DNA from: an uncultured Candidatus Entotheonella sp.
GTDB lineage: Bacteria; Tectomicrobia; Entotheonellia; Entotheonellales; Entotheonellaceae
Length of the DNA stretch: 64,000 nucleotides
Assembly: GCA_965215335.1 (NCBI GenBank)
Contig: CBDCDA010000001.1
Coordinates: 928,001-992,000 of the forward strand
Direction: 5' to 3'
This document shows, one piece after another, positions 48,112 through 58,135 of the stretch. The notes under the pieces were generated by a model. The model was not told the DNA's origin. It made no database searches and saw nothing but the letters and a program-made list of their open reading frames with translations. The position numbers were made by a program, and so were the translations under genes. How positions within the stretch are numbered: position 1 is the stretch's first letter; every line of letters begins with the position of its first letter.

Positions 48112-49548
48112 ATGGCATATGAATGCGTCATCGGCCTGGAAGTGCACGCGCAACTGCTGACCGACAGCAAATTGTTCTGCTCCTGCGCGACTGCCTTTCA
48201 GGCCGACCCGAATGACCAGACCTGCCCGGTCTGCCTCGGCCTGCCCGGCGTGCTGCCGGTGCTCAACCGCCAGGCGGTCGAGCTGGCCCTGCGTACCGGC
48301 CTGGCCATGCAGGGAACCGTCGCCACCCTGAACCGCTTTGCACGCAAGAATTATTTCTATCCCGATCTGCCCAAGGGGTATCAGATATCGCAGTTCGAGG
48401 AGCCGCTCATCCAGGGCGGCTGCCTGGACATCGAGGTCGCCGGCACGGCCAGGCAGGTGCGGCTGAATCGTATCCACCTCGAGGAGGACGCCGGCAAGTC
48501 CATTCACGGTGAAAACCTTGCCGACCCCGGCAAGAGCTACGTTGACCTGAACCGCACCGGCGTACCGCTGATGGAGATCGTCAGCGCCCCCGACCTGCGC
48601 TCGCCCGATGAGGCCAGGGCCTACCTGCAAAAACTCAAGACGGTCCTGGAATACCTCGACGTGTGCGACGGCAACATGGAGGAAGGCAGCCTGCGCTGCG
48701 ACGCCAACGTCTCCTTGCGTCCGGTCGGCACCGACATTCTGGGCACTCGGACCGAGATCAAGAACCTGAACTCGTTCCGCAACGTCCAGCAGGCCATCGC
48801 CTACGAAATGGCGCGCCAGCGCGACGTGCTGGCCGGCGGCGGCAGCGTGGTGCAGGAAACGCGGCTGTTCGACGCCGCGCGCGGCGTCACCCTGCCGATG
48901 CGCAGCAAGGAAGAGGCGCACGACTACCGTTACTTCCCGGAACCCGACCTGGTGCCGCTGCAAATCGAGCCGCAGTGGATCGCCCGGGTGCGACAGTCCA
49001 TCCCCGAACTGCCCGACGCGCGGCGCCAGCGTTTCGTCTCGCAATATGACCTGCCGGCCTACGACGCCGACGTCCTCGTTGCCTCGCGCGCCATGGCCGA
49101 CTACTTCGAGGCTACCGTCGAGTCGTTCCCGCAGCCCAAGATCGTCAGCAACTGGGTCATGGGCGATTTTCTGCGCGCCTTGAATCACGCCCGTCACGGC
49201 CCGGACGAGGCCCCCGTCACGCCGTCGCACCTGGCCGAATTGCTGCGCCTGATCGACGACGGCACCATCAGCGGCAAAATCGCCAAGACGGTGTTCGAGG
49301 ACATGTACCGCACCGGCCGGCGGCCCGGCGACGTCGTCGCCGAGCAAGGGCTGGTGCAGATGAGCGACAGCGACGCCTTGCAGGAGGTCATCGGCCAGGT
49401 GCTGGCCGGGCATCCCGAGCAGGTGGCCGCCTACCGCGCCGGCAAGGAAAAACTGCTCGGCTTCTTCGTCGGCCAGACCATGAGGGCGACCCAGGGCAAG
49501 GCCAATCCGACCATGCTTAATACGCTGCTGAAGCAACTGCTGCAGTGA
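48112..49548 (+). CDS. gatB: Asp/Glu-tRNA amidotransferase subunit B
   Basis: [43 protein letters not shown]. Confidence 0.98.
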   Translation: MAYECVIGLEVHAQLLTDSKLFCSCATAFQADPNDQTCPVCLGLPGVLPVLNRQAVELALRTGLAMQGTVATLNRFARKNYFYPDLPKGYQISQFEEPLIQGGCLDIEVAGTARQVRLNRIHLEEDAGKSIHGENLADPGKSYVDLNRTGVPLMEIVSAPDLRSPDEARAYLQKLKTVLEYLDVCDGNMEEGSLRCDANVSLRPVGTDILGTRTEIKNLNSFRNVQQAIAYEMARQRDVLAGGGSVVQETRLFDAARGVTLPMRSKEEAHDYRYFPEPDLVPLQIEPQWIARVRQSIPELPDARRQRFVSQYDLPAYDADVLVASRAMADYFEATVESFPQPKIVSNWVMGDFLRALNHARHGPDEAPVTPSHLAELLRLIDDGTISGKIAKTVFEDMYRTGRRPGDVVAEQGLVQMSDSDALQEVIGQVLAGHPEQVAAYRAGKEKLLGFFVGQTMRATQGKANPTMLNTLLKQLLQ

Positions 49549-49587
49549 AGGCTCCAGGATCAACCCCGGACCGTGAAGGACGTGCCC

Positions 49588-52275
49588 ATGCCTGAACGCC
49601 CGACCGTTTATCTGGTGGACGGCACCGCCTACGTGTACCGCGCCTTCTACGCCATCCGGCAGCGGCTTTCGACCGCCGCCGGATTGCCGACCCAGGCCGT
49701 TTTCGGCTTCAAGAACATGCTGCAGAAGCTGGTGCAGCAGGAAAAGCCACACTATCTCGGGGTGGCGTTCGACGAGCGCGGCCCGACCTTCCGGCACGCC
49801 ATGGACCCGAATTACAAGGCCAACCGCCCGTCGATGCCGGACGACCTGGAGGTGCAGATTCCCTACATCCACCGGCTGATCGAGGCGTTCAACATCCCCA
49901 CCATCCGGCTGCAAGGGTACGAGGCGGACGACATTCTGGGCACCTTGGCACGACGCTTCGAGGCGCAGGGCTGCGACGTGGTCCTGGTCACCAGCGACAA
50001 AGACCTGTGCCAGCTCGTGACCCCCCACACGACGCTCCTGGACACCATGAAGGCACAGCGCTTCGGCGTTGCCGAGGTGAAGGAGCGCTTCGGCGTCGAG
50101 CCGCAGCACGTGGCGGACTTTCTGGGTCTGATGGGCGACGCCTCCGACAACATCCCGGGGGTGCCGGGCGTCGGCGAAAAGACGGCGCGGCAGCTGTTGG
50201 AGGCGTTCGGCGACCTGGACAGCCTGCTGGCGCAGGTAGACGCGGTGAAACGGCCCAGGCTGCGGGAATCGCTGCGCGACAACGCCGAGCTGGCACGCCA
50301 GAGTCGCCTGCTGGCAACGATCAACGTCGAAACACCGGTCGCCGTCGACCTGCCCGCCCTCGCACTTGCGGACCCTGATACCGACGCGCTGGTGGCGCTC
50401 TACGCCGAGTTGGAGTTTCACAACGATCTGCAGGCCATCCGCAACACGCAGCCGGCCACCAGACCTGTTGTGGATAAGCATTACCGCACGATTACCGGCC
50501 TGGCCGACCTGGAAGCGGAAATCGTCGCCCTGCGGCAGGGCGACGGCTTCGCCATCGACACCGAAACGACCAGCCAGAACCCCATGGTCGCCGATCTTGT
50601 CGGCATTTCGCTGGCCCACCGGCCGCACGCGGGCGTCTATATTCCGCTGCGCCATACCTACGCCGGAGCGCCGGCGCAGCTCGACGCGGCGCTGGTTCTG
50701 AAACACCTGCGGCCCCTGCTCGAAGACCCCGAGGTGCCGAAATACGGCCAGAACATCAAGTACGACATCATCGTCCTGCAACGGCAGGGCGTCACCCTGC
50801 GCGGCGTCGCCTGCGATACGATGGTCGCCGGCTACCTGCTCAACCCTTCCCGGCGCGCCCACAGCATGGACGCCCTGGCACGCGAGTACCTGCAATACGA
50901 ACCGACGAGCTACGCCGACGTGGCCGGCAAGGGCGCCAGGCAGGTGACCTTCGATCAGGTGGATATCGAGCGCGCCACCGCATACAGCGCCGAGGACGCC
51001 GACGTGACCCTGCTGCTGGCGCGCGAACTGCAGCCGCGGCTGGCGGCGGCCCGGCTGGACAGGCTGTTTGCCGACGTGGAGATGCCGCTGGTCGACGTGC
51101 TGGCGACCCTCGAGCGGCGCGGCATGGCGCTGGACAGCGCCTATCTGCACCAGATGTCCATCCACCTGCAAGGCCGCATGGAAACGCTGCTGCGTGACAT
51201 CCACACGCTGGCCGGCGAGGCGTTCAACGTCAATTCGCCACCGCAATTGCAGCGCATCCTGTTCGAGCAGTTGAAACTGCCGCCCGGCAAGAAGACCAAG
51301 ACCGGCTATTCGACCGACGTGTCGGTGCTGGAGAATCTGGCGGTGGAGCACGAGTTGCCGCAGCGCATTCTGGACTACCGGCACCTCGCCAAGATGAAGT
51401 CCACCTACATCGACACCCTGCCGCAACTCGTGCACCCCGACACCGGACGCCTGCATACCTCGCTGAATCAAGGCATTGCCGAGACCGGGCGCCTGAGCAG
51501 CAGCAATCCCAACCTGCAGAACATCCCGATCCGTTCGCAACTGGGACGCGAGATTCGCCGCGCCTTCATCGCCGCGCCCGGGCATCGCCTGGTGTCGGTC
51601 GATTACTCGCAGATCGAGTTGCGGCTGCTGGCCCACCTCAGCCAGGACCCCGTGCTGATCGAGGCGTTCCACAGCGGCGAGGACATCCATACCCGCACGG
51701 CCATGGAAGTCTTTGGCGTGGAACTGGCGGCGGTGGACGACGACATGCGACGCATGGCCAAGACGGTGAATTTCGGCATTCTCTACGGCCTGAGTCCGTT
51801 CGGCCTGGCGCAGCGGCTGCACATCTCCAACGAGGCGGCGCGCACCTGCATCCACGACTATTTTGCCCGCTACCCGCGCGTGAAGCAGTGCCTCGACGAC
51901 ATCCTCGCGCAGGCCCGCGACCAAGGCTTCGTCACCACCCTGCTGCAACGCCGCCGCTATCTGCCGGATATCGCCAGCTCGAACCGTAACGTCCGCGAGG
52001 CGGCGGAACGCACCGCCATCAACATGCCCTTCCAGGGCTCGGCCGCCGACCTGATCAAGCTCGCCATGGTGCGCCTGCATCGCCGGATCACCAGCGAAGC
52101 CTGGCCGTGCCACATGCTGCTGCAAATTCACGACGAACTGCTGTTCGAGATTCCCGACGACGCAGTGCCGGACACGGTGCCCCGAATCACGGCCATCATG
52201 GAGGGCGTGTGGAAGCTGGCGGTGCCGCTGACCGTCGAAGTCGGCCAGGGAAGCAATTGGGCCGAAGCCCATTAA
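49588..52275 (+). CDS. polA: DNA polymerase I
   Basis: 5'-exo LVDG/YRAFYA/EADD; 3'-5' exo DTETT, NIKYD, YSAED; polymerase DYSQIELR, KTVNFGILYG, QIHDELL. Confidence 0.98.
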   Translation: MPERPTVYLVDGTAYVYRAFYAIRQRLSTAAGLPTQAVFGFKNMLQKLVQQEKPHYLGVAFDERGPTFRHAMDPNYKANRPSMPDDLEVQIPYIHRLIEAFNIPTIRLQGYEADDILGTLARRFEAQGCDVVLVTSDKDLCQLVTPHTTLLDTMKAQRFGVAEVKERFGVEPQHVADFLGLMGDASDNIPGVPGVGEKTARQLLEAFGDLDSLLAQVDAVKRPRLRESLRDNAELARQSRLLATINVETPVAVDLPALALADPDTDALVALYAELEFHNDLQAIRNTQPATRPVVDKHYRTITGLADLEAEIVALRQGDGFAIDTETTSQNPMVADLVGISLAHRPHAGVYIPLRHTYAGAPAQLDAALVLKHLRPLLEDPEVPKYGQNIKYDIIVLQRQGVTLRGVACDTMVAGYLLNPSRRAHSMDALAREYLQYEPTSYADVAGKGARQVTFDQVDIERATAYSAEDADVTLLLARELQPRLAAARLDRLFADVEMPLVDVLATLERRGMALDSAYLHQMSIHLQGRMETLLRDIHTLAGEAFNVNSPPQLQRILFEQLKLPPGKKTKTGYSTDVSVLENLAVEHELPQRILDYRHLAKMKSTYIDTLPQLVHPDTGRLHTSLNQGIAETGRLSSSNPNLQNIPIRSQLGREIRRAFIAAPGHRLVSVDYSQIELRLLAHLSQDPVLIEAFHSGEDIHTRTAMEVFGVELAAVDDDMRRMAKTVNFGILYGLSPFGLAQRLHISNEAARTCIHDYFARYPRVKQCLDDILAQARDQGFVTTLLQRRRYLPDIASSNRNVREAAERTAINMPFQGSAADLIKLAMVRLHRRITSEAWPCHMLLQIHDELLFEIPDDAVPDTVPRITAIMEGVWKLAVPLTVEVGQGSNWAEAH

Positions 52276-52315
52276 GGGCAGGACGCTCTCTCCCGGCGGC
52301 CGCCGGGTTTGACGC

Positions 52316-52345
52316 TTGACAAGCTTCAAGATGCTGCGTTATCGT
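52316..52345 (+). promoter_or_regulatory. Sigma70 promoter of tRNA-Ala
   Basis: TTGACA-18 nt-TATCGT, about 25 nt upstream of the tRNA. Confidence 0.6.
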
Positions 52346-52370
52346 TACGCCGCTTCCCCGAAAGGCCGAT

Positions 52371-52443
52371 GGGGCTGTAGCTCAGATGGGAGAGCGCATG
52401 ACTGGCAGTCATGAGGTCAGGGGTTCGATCCCCCTCAGCTCCA
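52371..52443 (+). tRNA. tRNA-Ala (GGC)
   Basis: GGGGCTGTAGCTCAG...CATGA-CTGGCAG-TCATG...GGTTCGATCCC; G3:U70 pair; CCA not encoded. Confidence 0.97.
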
Positions 52444-52475
52444 TGTCGTTACCCACTTCTCGTTGCAGACGGCGG

Positions 52476-52516
52476 TTTATGCCCCGGCGCGGTTTCGAGG
52501 TTGGCCGGGGCATAAA
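52476..52516. terminator. Bidirectional terminator-like hairpin
   Basis: TTTATGCCCCGGC...GCCGGGGCATAAA 13-bp inverted repeat between convergent tRNA-Ala and the oxidase gene. Confidence 0.6.
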
Positions 52517-52540
52517 GGCAGACCGTTCGTTCGCTGCGCC

Positions 52541-54175
52541 TCAGACCTCCATGCCGCGGATAGCGTCCACAGCCTTGAGGGCCGACAAGGCGGACCCTTC
52601 CTGCCAACCGTGCAGCTCGCTGGCCTGATCCCCGGCGAAGTAGACGGCTCCATCCCTGATCACGCCGTTGGCATCGCGCAGAGGATTCAGTGCGGGTGTC
52701 CCTTCCGAGGGCCAACCGCCCAATTGATAGGGCACTTCACTCCACACACGACTGACGCCGTTGAGCCTGCCCATCTCTGTCAATTGGTCGCGGTAACCGG
52801 GGTGAATTTTCTCCCCGAATTCAATCGCCTTCTCCAGGCGCTCGGCCGGGGTCAGTGGGGCAAAAATCCTGGAGCCTGCCTCCCCCCAACCGCCGGGTTC
52901 GCCAAAACTGTAGGCCCCCACAATCACACCCTTGCGGCGATGATAGCCGTTGGCGGGGTACCATATCTGCGTAATCCCGTTGAAACTCGTCCAGGAAATG
53001 CCGCCATAGATGTGATGGTCTTCTTCCCAGAAGCGACGGGGCGCCTGAAAAGCGATCTTGAAGGCCCTGGAAAATTTCGTCTTCCGGATCATTTCTTTCG
53101 TTCTCTCTCCAAAGTTGTTCGTTATGCCCTCCAGGACGGGGGCCGGGATGGTACAAATCGCATAGTCATAGTCCATCTCCCAAGGCAAACCGTCGTCGGA
53201 AGCTCTTATCATGACACCGCCGCCGGTCATGTTCATGATTTCTTCAGCAACCGTGTCGTAGTAAATGACGACGCCCTTCGCGAGTACCTCTCTCTTGAAG
53301 GCATCGACGATCTTGTCCATGCCGCCGACGGGCTGGAACAGGGTCGGGTTCTGGTCGAGCCCGTGCGCAAAATGGGTGGGATAAAACCTGTCGCCGGAGT
53401 CGAAGTCCAGCCCTAGCACCTCTTTCAGCGTGCGGGGCATGACCGGCATGGCCTCGTTGCCCAGGCCAAGCCCCACATGGACGTACTCACCCTCGGTACC
53501 GGCGCGGCCCGAGCCGCTGTACATGTCGTCACCGTCCAGGGCGCCAAAACGCCTGAGCATCGCCAGAAGGTTTTCCTTGTCGCCGCCCGTCAATTCACCA
53601 TCCAGGTGACCGCCATTCACCGCCTTGGCCAGAAGCTCGGCGATGTACCCCCGCTGATCCGTGTGGAACTGCCGCGCCGTCACGGGCCTGCCGCCGAAAC
53701 TGTTCGTGCCATGGAAGAAAGCGGCCCGGTTGTCGTTGGTGAAGACTTCCAGCTCGACGCCGAATTCCTTGCAATAGCCGAGGATGGTCTCGTGATGATA
53801 GGGAAGGCGCGCCGGCCCCATGTTGGCGTACAGGTAATCCTCGTCGTCGAACCCGACCACCTGCCGGTTGTTGATCTCCTCCAGCACGTCGCCGCCACGC
53901 GCCGTCAGACTACGCCCGCCGGCCCGCGAGGTGGCCTCCAGAATCTCGCAGATGTATCCCGCCTTGGACAGTTCATAAGCCGCCGTCAGCCCCGCAATGC
54001 CCGCCCCGAGGATGACGACCCTTTTACCATCACCCGGCCCCTGCGAGGATGCGCGGGACGAACAACCCGTCAGGCTCGACACGCCCAACATCCCCAGCGC
54101 CGCCATGCTCCGGTACACCCCCGCCGCACCGGCCACCGAGCCGATATACCGAAGAAACTGCCTCTTCGTCAACAT
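52541..54175 (-). CDS. Flavin monoamine oxidase / L-amino acid oxidase family, predicted Tat lipoprotein
   Basis: GAGIAGLTAA, EA..RAGGR, NMGPARLP, QPVGGMD, YFAGD...GWQEGS; KRQFL signal and LTGC lipobox. Confidence 0.9.
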   Translation of the reverse strand: MLTKRQFLRYIGSVAGAAGVYRSMAALGMLGVSSLTGCSSRASSQGPGDGKRVVILGAGIAGLTAAYELSKAGYICEILEATSRAGGRSLTARGGDVLEEINNRQVVGFDDEDYLYANMGPARLPYHHETILGYCKEFGVELEVFTNDNRAAFFHGTNSFGGRPVTARQFHTDQRGYIAELLAKAVNGGHLDGELTGGDKENLLAMLRRFGALDGDDMYSGSGRAGTEGEYVHVGLGLGNEAMPVMPRTLKEVLGLDFDSGDRFYPTHFAHGLDQNPTLFQPVGGMDKIVDAFKREVLAKGVVIYYDTVAEEIMNMTGGGVMIRASDDGLPWEMDYDYAICTIPAPVLEGITNNFGERTKEMIRKTKFSRAFKIAFQAPRRFWEEDHHIYGGISWTSFNGITQIWYPANGYHRRKGVIVGAYSFGEPGGWGEAGSRIFAPLTPAERLEKAIEFGEKIHPGYRDQLTEMGRLNGVSRVWSEVPYQLGGWPSEGTPALNPLRDANGVIRDGAVYFAGDQASELHGWQEGSALSALKAVDAIRGMEV

Positions 54176-54408
54176 GGTGCCCTCCTTCCCCTCTCAATCG
54201 AAGTAACACGATCCCTGGATAAACGTTATGGATGATATTTTATCACGACTTGTCGTTATGCGCAGAAGAAATATACGGTCAGGGTTGTTTTTCAACCCCG
54301 GATACGACGACCTGCTGATTCTGCAATCTGCACACTGGCACGTAAATTGCCTTATCCGAATCTGGACAGATAAACCCATCTCACCCCATGACCCAGAGGA
54401 GGCATGAC

Positions 54409-57033
54409 ATGAATCTCGACAGGCTGACACAAAAATCGCAAGCGGCCCTGCAAGCGGCACAGGGCAAGGCGTTGCGGCGCGGGCACGTGGAGGTGGACAG
54501 CGAGCATTTGTTGCTGGCCCTGGTGGAGCAAAGCGACGGGCTGGTGCCGCGACTGCTGGAGCGCATGGGCGTGCCGACCGCCCCACTGGCGCAGGCGGTG
54601 GAGCAGGAATTGAACCGCCGGCCGCGGGTTTCGGGGCCAGGCGCCGAAGCCGGCAAAATCTACATCACGCCAAACCTGCAGAAACTGCTGCTCAAGGCGG
54701 AGGACGAGGCCGGGCGGCTCAAGGACGACTACGTCTCGGTCGAGCATCTGCTGCTGGCGCTCGCCGACGACGGCAGCCAGAGCGCCGGCGGCGGCCTCCT
54801 GCGCCAATTCAACGTCACGCGGGACGCGCTGCTGGAGGCGCTGGCGGCCGTGCGGGGACACCAGCGGGTCACCAGCGATACGCCGGAAACCGCCTACGAA
54901 GCGCTCGACAAATACGGCCTGGACCTGGTGGCGCAGGCCCGGCAGGGCAAGCTCGACCCGGTTATCGGGCGCGACGATGAAATCCGCCGCACCATTCGCA
55001 TCCTGTCACGCAAGACCAAGAACAACCCGGTGCTGATCGGCGAGCCCGGCGTCGGCAAGACCGCTATCGTCGAAGGGCTGGCGCAGCGCATCGTCAAAGG
55101 CGACGTGCCGGAGTGGCTGCGCGACCGCCGCATCTTCGCCCTGGACATGGGCGCCTTGCTGGCCGGCGCCAAGTTCCGCGGCGAGTTCGAGGAACGCCTC
55201 AAAGCCGTGCTCAACGAAATCAGGGAGAGCGCCGGCAACATCCTTCTGTTCATCGACGAGCTCCACAACATCGTCGGCGCCGGGCGTACCGAGGGCTCGC
55301 CGGACGCCGGCAACATGCTGAAACCCATGCTGGCGCGCGGCGAGCTGCACTGTATCGGCGCCACCACGCTCAACGAGCACCGGCAATACATCGAAAAAGA
55401 TGCCGCCCTGGAACGACGCTTTCAGCCGGTGCTGGTGGACGCGCCCTCCGTCGAGGACACCATTTCCATCCTGCGCGGCCTGCGCGAGCGCTACGAGGTG
55501 CACCACGGCGTGCGCATTCAGGACAACGCCCTCGTCAGCGCGACGGTGCTCTCCAACCGTTACATCGCCGACCGTTTCCTGCCCGACAAGGCCATCGACC
55601 TGGTCGACGAAGCCTGCGCCATGGTGCGCACCGAGATGGACTCGATGCCGACCGAGCTCGACGAAATCACCCGCCGCATCATGCAATTGGAAATCGAGGA
55701 TGCGGCACTCGACAAAGAGACCGGCAAGGCCAGCCAGGACCGCCTCGACGCCCTGCGCCAGGAACTGGCCGATCTCAAGGAGCAGGCCGGCACGCTGCGG
55801 GCACAGTGGGAGACCGAGAAAGGCGCCATCGGCGAGGTGCGTGCCCTGCGGGAGGAAATCGAGCAGGTGCGGCGGGACGTCGAGCAGGCCGAGCGCGCCT
55901 ACGACCTCAACCGCGCCGCCGAACTGCGACACGGACGGCTGCCCGAACTGCAAAACCGCCTGGCGGGCGCGGAAGCCGGCATGGCCGGACGCAACGGCGG
56001 CCGCCTGCTGCGCGAGGAGGTGAGCGAGGACGAAATCGCCGCCATCGTGTCGCGCTGGACGGGCGTTCCCGTCACCCGGCTCGTCGAGGGCGAGCGCGAC
56101 AAGCTGCTGCGCCTCGACGACATCCTGCACCAGCGCGTCGTGGGCCAGGACGAGGCCGTGAAATTGGTGGCGGACGCCATCATCCGGACGCGCGCCGGCA
56201 TCAAGGACCCGCGCCGTCCGATTGGCTCCTTCATCTTCCTCGGCCCTACCGGCGTGGGCAAGACGGAACTCGCCAAGACCCTGGCGGCAGCGCTGTTCGA
56301 CAGCGAAGACAACCTCGTGCGCATCGACATGAGCGAATATATGGAGCGACACACCGTGTCGCGCCTCATCGGCGCCCCGCCGGGATACGTCGGCTACGAG
56401 GAAGGCGGTCAGCTCACCGAGGCGGTGCGCCGCAAGCCCTACGCGGTGCTCCTGTTCGATGAGATCGAGAAGGCGCACCACGACGTGTTCAACGTCCTGC
56501 TGCAGATTCTCGACGACGGCCGCGTCACCGACGCCCACGGCCGCACCGTGGATTTCAAGAACACGGTGATCATCATGACGTCGAACATCGGCTCCCAGCA
56601 CCTGCTGGAAGGCATTTCAGCCGCCGGCGACATCAACGAAGCGGCACGGGCAGCCGTCATGCAGGAGTTGCGGCAGCACTTCCGGCCGGAATTCCTGAAC
56701 CGGGTGGACGACACGGTGCTGTTCAAGACCCTGACCCTGGACGAGATTGAACGCATCGTCGACCTGCTCGCTGACGAGCTGCGCCGGCGGCTGGCCGACC
56801 GCGACGTCAAGCTCGACCTCAGCGGCGCAGCACGCTCGCTGATCGCCCGCCACGGATTCGACCCGGTTTACGGCGCGCGGCCGCTACGACGGTTTCTGCA
56901 GCACGAACTGGAAACGAGGATCGGCCGGGCGCTGATCGGTGGCGACGTGCGCAACGGCGCTGCGGTGCGGGTGGACGTGCGGGACGGCGCCCTTGCCGTG
57001 GACATCGACAATCCGCCGGACAGCGACGCCTGA
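54409..57033 (+). CDS. clpB: Chaperone ClpB
   Basis: Two AAA+ modules ([16 protein letters not shown]), middle coiled coil, [27 protein letters not shown]. Confidence 0.98.
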   Translation: MNLDRLTQKSQAALQAAQGKALRRGHVEVDSEHLLLALVEQSDGLVPRLLERMGVPTAPLAQAVEQELNRRPRVSGPGAEAGKIYITPNLQKLLLKAEDEAGRLKDDYVSVEHLLLALADDGSQSAGGGLLRQFNVTRDALLEALAAVRGHQRVTSDTPETAYEALDKYGLDLVAQARQGKLDPVIGRDDEIRRTIRILSRKTKNNPVLIGEPGVGKTAIVEGLAQRIVKGDVPEWLRDRRIFALDMGALLAGAKFRGEFEERLKAVLNEIRESAGNILLFIDELHNIVGAGRTEGSPDAGNMLKPMLARGELHCIGATTLNEHRQYIEKDAALERRFQPVLVDAPSVEDTISILRGLRERYEVHHGVRIQDNALVSATVLSNRYIADRFLPDKAIDLVDEACAMVRTEMDSMPTELDEITRRIMQLEIEDAALDKETGKASQDRLDALRQELADLKEQAGTLRAQWETEKGAIGEVRALREEIEQVRRDVEQAERAYDLNRAAELRHGRLPELQNRLAGAEAGMAGRNGGRLLREEVSEDEIAAIVSRWTGVPVTRLVEGERDKLLRLDDILHQRVVGQDEAVKLVADAIIRTRAGIKDPRRPIGSFIFLGPTGVGKTELAKTLAAALFDSEDNLVRIDMSEYMERHTVSRLIGAPPGYVGYEEGGQLTEAVRRKPYAVLLFDEIEKAHHDVFNVLLQILDDGRVTDAHGRTVDFKNTVIIMTSNIGSQHLLEGISAAGDINEAARAAVMQELRQHFRPEFLNRVDDTVLFKTLTLDEIERIVDLLADELRRRLADRDVKLDLSGAARSLIARHGFDPVYGARPLRRFLQHELETRIGRALIGGDVRNGAAVRVDVRDGALAVDIDNPPDSDA

Positions 57034-57048
57034 CATCCTCCACACACG

Positions 57049-57085
57049 GGTGCGACGTTGCCTCCGTCGCAGGCAACGTCGCACC
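57049..57085. terminator. 15-bp perfect inverted repeat after clpB (terminator or REP-like)
   Basis: GGTGCGACGTTGCCT-7 nt-AGGCAACGTCGCACC; no U-tract. Confidence 0.55.
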
Positions 57086-57284
57086 ACCGCACCGACCCCG
57101 TTTGCGAGACGGGGAAAAAGGCGCGCGTCATGCGTGAAGACTCGCCGGGTTGGCGCCCGCTCCCACCCCAGGATCAGAGCGAAATGCGTGATTGGTGTGG
57201 ACTGAAGAGGGGAAATCGTGCGTTAATGGGGCGCATGCACAGCAATGGCGCCATTCACTCGACGTACAAGGGAGGTATTCAAGC

Positions 57285-57698
57285 ATGTCCGCAACGACCG
57301 AGAAACAGATGAAGATCGCCCATGCCACCAGGGAAACGGCCCCAAACGTGCCAGGACGGCGGTCGTTCTTCACCTATCGCGACCTCGGGGTCACCGACGC
57401 CACCCAGGGGGCCATGCGCGCGCAACTCACAGAAGCCGTCACCGGCATGACGGAACCGACCGGGTGGCATTATCACGTCTGCGAGGCGCAGTTCGTGTAT
57501 GCCCTGAAGGGCTGGGTGGATCTGGAATTCGAGACGGGTGAACAGATTCGCTTGCAGGCGGGCGAGTCACTGTTCATCCCCGGCGGCATGCGCCACAACG
57601 AGATCAGCACCTCGGACGACCTGGAAATTCTGGAAGTTTCCGTGCCGGCGCAGATGGACACGGTGCCGTGCGAGCGGCCAGCCGATTTGCCCGCCTAG
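57285..57698 (+). CDS. Cupin domain protein
   Basis: TGWHYH..EAQFVY, IPGGMRHNE; GGGAGG RBS. Confidence 0.88.
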   Translation: MSATTEKQMKIAHATRETAPNVPGRRSFFTYRDLGVTDATQGAMRAQLTEAVTGMTEPTGWHYHVCEAQFVYALKGWVDLEFETGEQIRLQAGESLFIPGGMRHNEISTSDDLEILEVSVPAQMDTVPCERPADLPA

Positions 57699-57895
57699 CC
57701 TCTTCCTGACCCCATCGCTGCCGGATGCCGACCGGAAGGTGATGCCGACACCGGCAGACGGCAGCGACAAAGGCCAGAGTCTCTGATTCTTCTCACACCT
57801 CCGCTCTCTGACCACGCCTCGCGGCGGCTTCGTATCTTCCTCTTGCACATCCGCAGCCTTTCGACCAGCTGGCCTGTCACACTTCCGATCACGTT

Positions 57896-57926
57896 GCAGG
57901 TCGGATTGGCGAAGCGTAATCCGACA
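57896..57926 (+). repeat. GTAG-type REP-like palindrome (degenerate)
   Basis: GCAGGTCGGATTGGCGAAGCGTAATCCGACA. Confidence 0.55.
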
Positions 57927-57994
57927 CGCCCTCGCGCCATCCAGGTTTTCCGCCGTCGGAGGATGGCCCCGCATCAGACGCCCTCAACAATTCG

Positions 57995-58030
57995 TTGACA
58001 TATTTATCTATTGATAATAAATTATTGTAA
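57995..58030 (+). promoter_or_regulatory. Sigma70 promoter with an overlapping Fur-family (Fur/Zur) operator
   Basis: TTGACA-17 nt-TAAATT in an AT-rich patch with palindromes TTATC-TATT-GATAA and TGATAAT-AA-ATTATTG. Confidence 0.6.
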
Positions 58031-58135
58031 TCGTTTCTTCACACCGGTCATCTCCGAAGAAGAGAATGGCCCACCTCATGATATATGGCTGTCCATGACC
58101 ATCTACGGATGATCAGGGAAGATAAAGGAGAAATC

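Noticed and set aside
48061..52329. 1422-aa minus-strand ORF, and similar long ORFs at 9480-11945, 22288-24414, 24433-26649, 27145-29181 and 55006-56601
   Set aside because: Antisense shadows of well-supported high-GC genes; no recognisable motifs.
52444..54400. Integrative element at tRNA-Ala
   Set aside because: No integrase and no duplicated tRNA 3' end found.
54300..54408. Heat-shock operator (CIRCE, HAIR, CtsR) upstream of clpB
   Set aside because: Only a weak TTATC...GATAA symmetry; no consensus match.
57695..57974. Short minus-strand ORFs between the cupin and the AztD-like gene
   Set aside because: No motifs, they overlap a REP-like palindrome, and coding signal is weak.
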